Shown here: positions 11,069 through 18,704 of the stretch, piece by piece
Layout of the letters: each line of letters starts with the position of its first letter
Position numbering within the stretch: the first letter of the stretch is position 1
Source of the DNA: Eubacteriales bacterium
Lineage (GTDB): Bacteria; Bacillota; Clostridia; Oscillospirales; CAG-272
NCBI GenBank assembly: GCA_045653705.1
Contig: JAZOMG010000044.1
Location: 10,137 to 74,136, forward strand
Direction: 5' to 3'
DNA length: 64,000 nucleotides
Notes under the pieces: model-generated
Seen by the model: only the letters and a program-made list of their open reading frames with translations
Databases searched by the model: none
Told to the model about the DNA's origin: nothing
Made by a program: the position numbers and the translations under genes

Positions 11069-11919
11069 AATTTTTGATTTTGGGTTGCAATGGCATGGCT
11101 GGTCATATGATATCAATATATATGAAAGAAAGGGGACATGATGTATTTGGATTTGATAAATCTCAGCCTATATATGTAGACGGAATTTCTGGTGATGCAA
11201 GAAATGTAGATTTGATAAGAGATTTGATAACTAGTGGAAAGTATGACAGTGTCATTAATTGCATAGGAATTTTGAATCAATTTGCGGATGATAATAAAGC
11301 ACTTTCGAGCTTTTTAAATGCTTATTTCCCGCACTTTCTTGCAGATGTAACCGCAAATACAGATACACAAGTTATACATATGAGTACCGATTGTGTTTTT
11401 TCCGGAAAAAGAGGCCAATATACCGAAAGCGATATTTGCGATGGCGAAACTTTTTATGATCGTTCCAAAGCGCTCGGTGAGATTAGAGATAATAGAAATA
11501 TTACGATGCGAAATTCTATCGTTGGTCCTGATATAAATCCTAGAGGAATTGGATTAATGAATTGGTTTTTGCAACAGGTGGGAGAGCTTGATGGTTATAC
11601 TGGGGCAATGTGGACAGGCCAGACAACACTGCAGTTAGCTAAAACTATGGAAGTGGCCGCAAAAGAAAAAGTGCATGGTTTGTACAATATGGTTCCGGAT
11701 CATTCTATTTCAAAATATGACCTGTTACAGTTGTTTAATCATTATTTTTGTAACGACAAAGTTGTAATACATCCAATAGAGGGGGTTGTATCTGATAAAT
11801 CGCTTAAACGTACGAGATATGATTTTGGATATTTGATTCCGGATTATGAAATTATGGTGTATGAGCTGTCAAAGTGGCTCAAGAAACACAAAAAAATGTA
11901 TCCTCATTATGATATTTGA
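11065..11919 (+). CDS. RmlD-like SDR sugar-nucleotide 4-reductase (QnlA/WbvR type)
   Basis: GCNGMAG Rossmann motif, STDCVFSG, YDRSK catalytic motif; 284 aa with no C-terminal cupin. Confidence 0.75.
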   Translation: MKFLILGCNGMAGHMISIYMKERGHDVFGFDKSQPIYVDGISGDARNVDLIRDLITSGKYDSVINCIGILNQFADDNKALSSFLNAYFPHFLADVTANTDTQVIHMSTDCVFSGKRGQYTESDICDGETFYDRSKALGEIRDNRNITMRNSIVGPDINPRGIGLMNWFLQQVGELDGYTGAMWTGQTTLQLAKTMEVAAKEKVHGLYNMVPDHSISKYDLLQLFNHYFCNDKVVIHPIEGVVSDKSLKRTRYDFGYLIPDYEIMVYELSKWLKKHKKMYPHYDI

Positions 11920-11933
11920 TGGAGAATTTGAAA

Positions 11934-13061
11934 ATGCGTAGATTAAAATTAATGACAATAATTGGTACCCGTCCTGAGATTATTAAAATGTCAGAAATTA
12001 TAAAAATGTGTGATAAGTATTTTGATCATATTCTCGTTCATACAGGGCAAAATTACGATTATACTCTAAACGAAGTTTTTTTTAACGATCTGGGTCTTAG
12101 GGCACCTGATTATTACTTGGGAGTTGTAGGAGAGAACCTTGGTCAAACAATGGGAAATGTTATAGCGAAATCCTATGAATTAATGCAGCAGGTAAGCCCT
12201 GATGCCGTAATAGTTCTTGGAGATACAAATTCGTGTCTTTCGGTTGTTTCGGCTAAACGCTTAAAGATTCCAGTATTTCATATGGAAGCGGGAAATCGAT
12301 GCAAGGACGAAAATTTACCCGAGGAGGTAATCCGTAGAGTAGTCGATGTTACAAGTGATGTGAACCTTTGTTATTCAGAACATGCTAGAAAATATATACT
12401 AGATTCAGGGGTGAGACCAGAATATACATTCGTTGTTGGGTCTCCTATGGCAGAGGTGCTTAGCAAAAATATCAATCGAATTGATTCCAGTGATATACTT
12501 GAGCGGATTGGGCTTAAAGAAAGCAATTATATACTTTTATCCGCTCATCGAGAAGAAAACATTGATAATGAAGACAACTTTTTTAGTTTAATGAACTCAA
12601 TTAATGATATGGCAGAAAAGTATGATATGCCCATTCTTTATTCATGCCATCCACGATCAAAAAAATATATAGAATTACGTGGTTTTAATTTTCACCACAA
12701 GGTTATTAGAAGTGAACCGTTGGGTTTTTTTGATTATAATAAACTACAGCAGAATGCTTTTTGTGTTGTATCTGATAGCGGTACTGTTCCAGAGGAAAGT
12801 GCTTATTTTAAGTTTCCAGCTGTGTCAGTACGTACATCGACGGAGCGTCCCGAAGCAATGGATGAAGGCGTTTTTTTAATCGGATCTATTTCAACCGAAC
12901 AAGTATTACAGGCGGTGGACTTAGCTGTTGAAATGCATAAGAATGGAGAAATTTCCGAAAGTGTTACGGCATATGCAGCGGAAAATGTTTCGGCAAAGGT
13001 GGTAAAGATTATTCAGTCTTATACAGGTGTGATCAATAAAATGGTGTGGAGAAAGTTCTGA
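11934..13061 (+). CDS. UDP-N-acetylhexosamine 2-epimerase, non-hydrolysing (FnlC/QnlB type)
   Basis: GTRPEIIK, HTGQNYD, GDTNS, HMEAGNR, SDSGT, STERPE motifs. Confidence 0.9.
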   Translation: MRRLKLMTIIGTRPEIIKMSEIIKMCDKYFDHILVHTGQNYDYTLNEVFFNDLGLRAPDYYLGVVGENLGQTMGNVIAKSYELMQQVSPDAVIVLGDTNSCLSVVSAKRLKIPVFHMEAGNRCKDENLPEEVIRRVVDVTSDVNLCYSEHARKYILDSGVRPEYTFVVGSPMAEVLSKNINRIDSSDILERIGLKESNYILLSAHREENIDNEDNFFSLMNSINDMAEKYDMPILYSCHPRSKKYIELRGFNFHHKVIRSEPLGFFDYNKLQQNAFCVVSDSGTVPEESAYFKFPAVSVRTSTERPEAMDEGVFLIGSISTEQVLQAVDLAVEMHKNGEISESVTAYAAENVSAKVVKIIQSYTGVINKMVWRKF

Positions 13062-13082
13062 AAATCTTAAAGGAGTTCGCAA

Positions 13083-14246
13083 ATGAATAATACAGTAGAT
13101 ATTATGTTGGGATCCATAAGGGCGCAAGTTTGCGGCGGAGAGTATGTGATTGACAGAAATATTTCTGATGACGAATTGAATAGGTTGTACATTTTATCAA
13201 AGCAACAGGATTTAGCACATCTTGTGTCGGCGGAACTATCCAAGCAATGTATTTTAAAAGTAGATGAAATAGGGAATAAATTTAAAAAGCAACAGATGTT
13301 GGCAGTGTTTCGGTATGAACGGATGAATTATGAACTTGTTGAAATCTGTCGAGTTTTAGAGGAAACACAAATTCCACACATACCTTTGAAAGGGTCTGTA
13401 ATTAGACAATATTACCCACAACCTTGGATGAGAACTAGCGCGGATATCGATATATTAGTTTACGAGGAGACATTGGAAAAAGCGAGAGATGCTATTTCGG
13501 AATTTTTAGGATATTCAGTAGGTGAGAGGATAGAACATGATATTTCTATGTTTTCATCTAGCGGAGTTCATTTGGAGCTTCATTATAGTACTGTTGAGAA
13601 ATATTGTGCTGTAAAAGCAAAAGAGATATTGGATAATATATGGGAATATTCTTACAATATAAATGGACATGCATATAGATACAATATATTGGAAGAGCTT
13701 TTCTATTTTTATCATATCGCCCATATGGCAAAACATTTTGAATATGGTGGCTGTGGTGTTAGGTTCTACTTGGATTTGTGGCTTCTCAATCACCGTTGCG
13801 AATTTGACCGAGAGAAGAGGGAAGCGCTTTTACAAAAAGGAGGCTTGCTTACGTTTGCGAAGGTTGCGGAAAAGCTGGCAGACATATGGTTTTCGGGTGG
13901 AGAGCATAACGAACAAACCTTGAGAATGCAGGCGCACGTTATTAATAACGGAATTTACGGCTCAAAAGAAAATAATCTTGCGTGGAACCAAATAACAAAA
14001 GGTGGAAAAAATCAGCATGCAAAGGATCTCATTTTTCTCCCCTATGAAAATATGGTGAAAAAGTATCCAACCTTGAAAAAACGCAAAATATTGTTGCCGT
14101 TCTACCATATACGTAGATGGATCGAAACAATATGTGAGGGTAGGGGAAGCGCCGCGATAGACCTGTTAAAGACGAATTCAAATGTTGCTAAGACGAAAAG
14201 GGATGGCATAGAAGATCTGTTAAAGGACTTGGAACTATTAAAATGA
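13083..14246 (+). CDS. Nucleotidyltransferase family protein (NTP_transf_5-like)
   Basis: LKGS...YP..WMR.SADIDIL, LELH, H.AKH...GG.GVR...D motifs. Confidence 0.8.
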   Translation: MNNTVDIMLGSIRAQVCGGEYVIDRNISDDELNRLYILSKQQDLAHLVSAELSKQCILKVDEIGNKFKKQQMLAVFRYERMNYELVEICRVLEETQIPHIPLKGSVIRQYYPQPWMRTSADIDILVYEETLEKARDAISEFLGYSVGERIEHDISMFSSSGVHLELHYSTVEKYCAVKAKEILDNIWEYSYNINGHAYRYNILEELFYFYHIAHMAKHFEYGGCGVRFYLDLWLLNHRCEFDREKREALLQKGGLLTFAKVAEKLADIWFSGGEHNEQTLRMQAHVINNGIYGSKENNLAWNQITKGGKNQHAKDLIFLPYENMVKKYPTLKKRKILLPFYHIRRWIETICEGRGSAAIDLLKTNSNVAKTKRDGIEDLLKDLELLK

Positions 14247-14251
14247 ATACA

Positions 14252-14284
14252 GCCGAGCGTTCTTTTTGAGCGCTCGGCATTTTC
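14252..14284. terminator. Intrinsic terminator between convergent nucleotidyltransferase and spoVT
   Basis: GCCGAGCGTTC-TTTTT-GAGCGCTCGGC hairpin followed by ATTTT. Confidence 0.7.
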
Positions 14285-14832
14285 TAATTTTCCAACTGTC
14301 TACCAAGGAAGCTGGCGGCGGTCATAACAAGCTTTGATTCCAATTCGGATGCCGCGGCATCCGAATTTTTTTCATCGCTAAGGGATGCAACGCAACCTAC
14401 AACGTCGCCCTCGCTAATGATGGGCATTGCGCAACTTACGTGATGTGAGGTTCCGTCCAATATGGGCGAATACTTTTCCCCTCCGTCTCTCCATATATAC
14501 ATTCCTCTGCCCTCAATAACGTTTTCCAATCCGTCCGAGAGCTTCTTTTCCATATATTCCTTTTTGGAAACGCCTGCTGAGGCTATTACTGCGTCTCTGT
14601 CGGTTATGATTACGGACAGATTGCAGGTCTTATAAAGGGTCTCCGCATACTGGGCGGCAAATGCGGAAAGCTCTCCGATAGGTGAATATTTTTTAAATAT
14701 CACCTCTCCCTCACGGTCTGTATATATTTCAAGCGGGTCGCCCTCGCGAATACGCATAGTTCTTCTTATTTCTTTTGGTATAACCACTCTACCAAGGTCA
14801 TCTATTCTTCTAACAATTCCTGTTGCTTTCAT
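14284..14832 (-). CDS. spoVT: Stage V sporulation protein T (AbrB N-domain + GAF)
   Basis: MKATGIVRRIDDLGRVVIPKEIRR...; C-terminal FLGRQLE. Confidence 0.96.
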   Translation of the reverse strand: MKATGIVRRIDDLGRVVIPKEIRRTMRIREGDPLEIYTDREGEVIFKKYSPIGELSAFAAQYAETLYKTCNLSVIITDRDAVIASAGVSKKEYMEKKLSDGLENVIEGRGMYIWRDGGEKYSPILDGTSHHVSCAMPIISEGDVVGCVASLSDEKNSDAAASELESKLVMTAASFLGRQLEN

Positions 14833-14868
14833 TTATTTCTCCTTGAAAACCATTTTCTGTTTCAAGGA

Positions 14869-14898
14869 TATTATTTGTAATGAGAGGTGGAAATATCC
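14869..14898 (-). promoter_or_regulatory. Probable sigmaG/sigmaF (forespore) promoter of spoVT
   Basis: Minus strand GGATA-N18-AATAATA; same architecture as upstream of spoVAD. Confidence 0.55.
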
Positions 14899-15060
14899 AA
14901 AAATTATTTGGCAAAATTTGCCCGTGCGACATTGAAAAGCTAAAAAATCTTTATTGCGTATCGGTTGACAGGATCGATTTAATATGATAAAATATATTAG
15001 TAGGTATTGATACGCCTTTTGGGGCGGTAGTGGGACACCTAATTCTCAAAGGAGTGACAG

Positions 15061-15825
15061 ATGAGAAAAACGGTTTACAAAATTGATAGGGGAAGATTTT
15101 TAAAGCCCTTATGCTTTGCGATAGTGTCCGATCTCCACGGCGGCGAGCCGTCGGCGGTTATTGATATGCTTAAAGACGAGCGCCCCGATTATATACTTAT
15201 GCCCGGGGATATTTTTGAGCGGCTTGACGGTTCGGACAGTGAAAAATACCAAAACGGTCTGCGCCTTTTGCGCGGCGCGTCAGAAATTGCCCCTGTGTTT
15301 TACTCTATGGGAAATCACGAGGACGGGGGAGTTCGTTCTTGGAGCAGGACTTGGAACAATACTGTTAAAAAAAGAGAATATTCTGAAAAGTGTATTAAGG
15401 ATATTGAGGATAGCGGGGCTGTGATACTTGCAAACAGCTTTGTTTTACGTGACGGAATAGCGTTCGGCGGACTTCTATCGGGTATAATTTGTGAGGGTGG
15501 CGAGCCTGAGCTTTCGTGGCTCGATGATTTTTGTTCTATTGATGCGCCCAAGGTTCTGCTTTGCCATCACCCCGAATACTATGAGAAATATTTAAAGGAT
15601 AGAGATATTGACCTTATTGTTAGCGGTCACGCCCACGGCGGTCAGTGGCAGTTTTTCGGTCGGGGCGTATTTGCCCCCGGGCAGGGGATATTCCCTAAGT
15701 ACACTCGCGGTGTTCACAATGAAAAATTAGTAATAAGCACAGGCTTGAAAACAGGGAAGATACCTCGTTTTTTCAATCCTCCCGAAGTCGTTTTCTCTTA
15801 CTTTTCTTTTAAAAAAGAAAAGTAA
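15061..15825 (+). CDS. Metallophosphoesterase (calcineurin-like, YkuE type)
   Basis: SDLH, GD, GNHE, LLCHHP, SGHAHGGQ motifs; last codons supplied by a repeat. Confidence 0.9.
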   Translation: MRKTVYKIDRGRFLKPLCFAIVSDLHGGEPSAVIDMLKDERPDYILMPGDIFERLDGSDSEKYQNGLRLLRGASEIAPVFYSMGNHEDGGVRSWSRTWNNTVKKREYSEKCIKDIEDSGAVILANSFVLRDGIAFGGLLSGIICEGGEPELSWLDDFCSIDAPKVLLCHHPEYYEKYLKDRDIDLIVSGHAHGGQWQFFGRGVFAPGQGIFPKYTRGVHNEKLVISTGLKTGKIPRFFNPPEVVFSYFSFKKEK

Positions 15826-16225
15826 GCAAAAGAAAACACTGCATTTGTGATACATAAAATTTTATTGATGAGTGGAATTCTTTTAAAAAAAGAAAAGTAA
15901 GCAAAAGAAAACACTGCATTTGTGATACATAAAATTTTATTCATGAGTGGAATTCTTTTAAAAAAAGAAAAGTAAGCAAAAGAAAATACTGCATTTGTGA
16001 TACATAAAATTTTATTGGCGAGTGGAGTTTTTAAAAAAAGAAAAGTAAGCAAAAGAAAACACTAGCATAGGTCACGTAAAGTTTGATTGGTGAGTGAAAT
16101 TCTTTTAAAAAGAAAAGTAAGCAAAAGAAAACACTGGAATAGGTCACGTAAAGTTTAATTGGTGAGTGGAATTCTTTTAAAAAAGAAAAGTAAGCAAAAG
16201 AAAACACTGCATTAGGATTACATAT
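15797..16225. repeat. Tandem array, six copies of a ~38-bp core (TTCTTTTAAAAAAAGAAAAGTAAGCAAAAGAAAACACT), period 72-75 bp
   Basis: GAAAAGTAAGC begins at 15817, 15892, 15967, 16040, 16112, 16185; intervening segments are homologous to each other. Confidence 0.95.
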
Positions 16226-16238
16226 GTTTAATATACAA

Positions 16239-16286
16239 AAAATACCGTTTTTACTTTCTGTTTCGAGATTGTAAAAACGGTATTTT
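16239..16286. terminator. Long bidirectional terminator hairpin
   Basis: AAAATACCGTTTTTAC...GTAAAAACGGTATTTT between convergent genes. Confidence 0.75.
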
Positions 16287-16295
16287 GTTTATTAT

Positions 16296-16565
16296 TTATG
16301 CGGGTATTGTCCAATTCTTGTCATTTGCGGCAGACTGTTTTGTCTCTGCTTCGGCGGTTTCTGAGCCAGAGCTATCGTTCTCGGGGTGATTTACCTGCTC
16401 TGTATCTCTGCTTTCAGAAACTGTTTCATCATCTTTTGTTGCCTCTGAATGGGCAGTATCCGCATCAAAGGAATTTTGAATGTTTTCCTCAATATCGCAG
16501 GAGCTTAGCGCCATTGCGAATATCATCGCGAGCAAAATGGCGATCGCGGAGCTTAAAAGCTTCAT
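16296..16565 (-). CDS. Small acidic lipoprotein, unknown function
   Basis: Signal peptide with lipobox LSSC; low-complexity acidic body; GAAGG RBS. Confidence 0.65.
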   Translation of the reverse strand: MKLLSSAIAILLAMIFAMALSSCDIEENIQNSFDADTAHSEATKDDETVSESRDTEQVNHPENDSSGSETAEAETKQSAANDKNWTIPA

Positions 16566-16589
16566 ATTATTACCTTCGAGCAAATACGG

Positions 16590-17804
16590 TTACGCAAGCT
16601 TCTTTTCGAGTCTTTCGCGGATAGCCTTAATAAAGCCTATGGAGTTGACTGCGGTTGCGGAATATCCCTCGCCTACAAGACCGACAAGGTCCTTGGTCAT
16701 AATTCCGTCGTTAAGGGTATCAATGCAGGCTTCCTCAAGCTTATTTGCGAAATCGACCAAATCGCAAAGCTCGTCAAGCTCGCCTCTCTTGCGGAGCGCG
16801 CCCGACCAAGCGTAGATGGTAGCCATAGGATTGGTAGAGGTATCCTCGCCCTTTAAGTAGCGGTAGTAGTGGCGTGTTACGGTGCCGTGAGCCGCCTCAT
16901 ACTCATACTTTCCGTCGGGAGATACAAGCACAGAGGTCATCATAGCGAGAGAGCCGAAAGCTGTGGAAACCATATCCGACATAACGTCGCCGTCATAGTT
17001 CTTACAAGCCCAGATATATCCGCCCTCGCTTCTTATTACGCGGGCAACGGCATCGTCGATAAGGGTGTAGAAATATGTAATACCCGCCTCGTCGAACTTT
17101 TCCTTGTATTCGTTATCGAATATTTCCTGGAACGTCAGCTTAAAGGTCTGGTCGTACTTTTTGGATATAGTGTCCTTAGTAGCGAACCAAAGATCCTGCT
17201 TTGTGTCAAGAGCGTACTGGAAGCAGGAGTGAGCAAAGGAACGGATAGAGCTGTCCTTGTTATACTGCCCCTGAAGAACTCCGCCGCACTCAAAGTCGTA
17301 GATGGTCTCTCTGAACTCTGTGCCGTCCTTAGCGGTGAAGAGAAGCTCTGCCTTGCCCTCTGCGGGAACGCGGTACTCGGTTGCCTTATAAACATCTCCG
17401 TATGCGTGACGGGCGATGGTTATAGGCTTTTTCCAGTTACGTACAGCAGGCTTTATAGAGTCGATAAGTATAGGAGCGCGGAAAACCGTGCCGTCGAGGA
17501 TCGCGCGGATAGTACCGTTGGGGCTTTTCCACATCTCGGTGAGGTTATACTCCTCAACTCTCTGCTTGTTGGGTGTGATGGTAGCGCACTTTACGGCAAC
17601 TCCGTATTTGAGAGTTGCGTTTGCGCTGTCGATAGTTACCTGGTCCTTTGTTTTTTCTCTTTCAACAAGACCCAGGTCATAGTATTCTGTTTTCAGGTCA
17701 ATAAAGGGAGTGAGAAGCTCGTCCTTTATCATCTGCCACAGAATTCTTGTCATTTCGTCTCCGTCCATTTCGACGAGAGGCGTTTTCATTTGGATTTTTT
17801 TCAT
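16590..17804 (-). CDS. icd: NADP-dependent isocitrate dehydrogenase
   Basis: [38 protein letters not shown] motifs. Confidence 0.97.
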   Translation of the reverse strand: MKKIQMKTPLVEMDGDEMTRILWQMIKDELLTPFIDLKTEYYDLGLVEREKTKDQVTIDSANATLKYGVAVKCATITPNKQRVEEYNLTEMWKSPNGTIRAILDGTVFRAPILIDSIKPAVRNWKKPITIARHAYGDVYKATEYRVPAEGKAELLFTAKDGTEFRETIYDFECGGVLQGQYNKDSSIRSFAHSCFQYALDTKQDLWFATKDTISKKYDQTFKLTFQEIFDNEYKEKFDEAGITYFYTLIDDAVARVIRSEGGYIWACKNYDGDVMSDMVSTAFGSLAMMTSVLVSPDGKYEYEAAHGTVTRHYYRYLKGEDTSTNPMATIYAWSGALRKRGELDELCDLVDFANKLEEACIDTLNDGIMTKDLVGLVGEGYSATAVNSIGFIKAIRERLEKKLA

Positions 17805-17859
17805 AGTTCAATACCTCCGAACAGTTTGAAAAATAATATTTTTATCCCGTCTGGGATTT

Positions 17860-18687
17860 TTACATTGAAATTGCGGCTTTTATTTTTTCGTAAGCCGTTG
17901 CCATAAATTCTTCCATGGTAAGCTCGGCATATTTATGCTCAATACCGTTCTTACCGGGTTTGTTTGCATAGGAAAGCTCGCTCATAAGAATGCCGTCATA
18001 GCCTGTTTTTCTTATGCGCTCCATAATGTTATGCCAATCGGCAATGCCGTCGGTGGGCATAAGATGCAGGTCATCGAGAAAGGTTATCTCGTCTCCGCGA
18101 ACACCTAAGTTGTCATTGAAATGAGTGTGGCAGAGCTTTTCGCCGTAGAGCGCGAGCATATCTCTATGCTCGTTATAGCACATTTCGTGACCCGTGTCGA
18201 GACAGAAGCCGACGGACGGTTCGTTCCAGAAGCGCTTCATAATTGCCGCCAGATATTCCTCTCCCTCTACGTTCTCGAAGCCCAGCTTAACTCCAAGCTT
18301 GTTAGCCGCCTCTATGACGCGGGCGTAGTTGTCAAGCCCCGTTTCGGTGGGATTGTGGTCTTTAAACCCTATAAACGGATGAATTACCATAACGGGGATA
18401 TCGAAGCGAGCGCAATCCTTTACGCAGTCGATAAGGGCGTTTGTTACAAATTCCCCTGCTTCTCCGCCTTCCCAGAGAAATCTGACCTTATAGTCTCCGC
18501 TGAACGGAGAGTGAATAGATTGCTGGAAAAGTCCGAGGCGCGCCGCCTCGTTGGCTATTTTCTCTGTCCTTTCGCGTTCCCAGCCTGTAAAGAAGGCTTC
18601 AAACCCAACGTTCTTCATTATTCTCATCTGCTCTAAGGTATCGACCTCAGAGCGCATTGTTGCAAGTCCAAGCTTTTGGTGAGACAT
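17860..18687 (-). CDS. Sugar phosphate isomerase/epimerase (TIM-barrel, AP-endonuclease-2 family)
   Basis: EN, LDTGH, H..DN.G...DDLH and terminal E metal ligands. Confidence 0.8.
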   Translation of the reverse strand: MSHQKLGLATMRSEVDTLEQMRIMKNVGFEAFFTGWERERTEKIANEAARLGLFQQSIHSPFSGDYKVRFLWEGGEAGEFVTNALIDCVKDCARFDIPVMVIHPFIGFKDHNPTETGLDNYARVIEAANKLGVKLGFENVEGEEYLAAIMKRFWNEPSVGFCLDTGHEMCYNEHRDMLALYGEKLCHTHFNDNLGVRGDEITFLDDLHLMPTDGIADWHNIMERIRKTGYDGILMSELSYANKPGKNGIEHKYAELTMEEFMATAYEKIKAAISM

Positions 18688-18704
18688 AGCTGTTCTCCTT
18701 TAAA

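Noticed and set aside
15798-16052. 84-aa repetitive ORF on the minus strand
   Set aside because: It is a translation of the 75-bp repeat, with no RBS and a non-ATG start
15797-16225. CRISPR array
   Set aside because: Repeat and spacer lengths look CRISPR-like, but the spacers are homologous to one another, the core is A-rich low complexity, and no cas genes are in the window
16869-17906. 345-aa + strand ORF, and similar long antisense ORFs (22998-23840, 27404-28198, 49874-50845, 55701-56663, 59797-60750)
   Set aside because: Shadow frames opposite well-conserved genes, with no recognisable motifs
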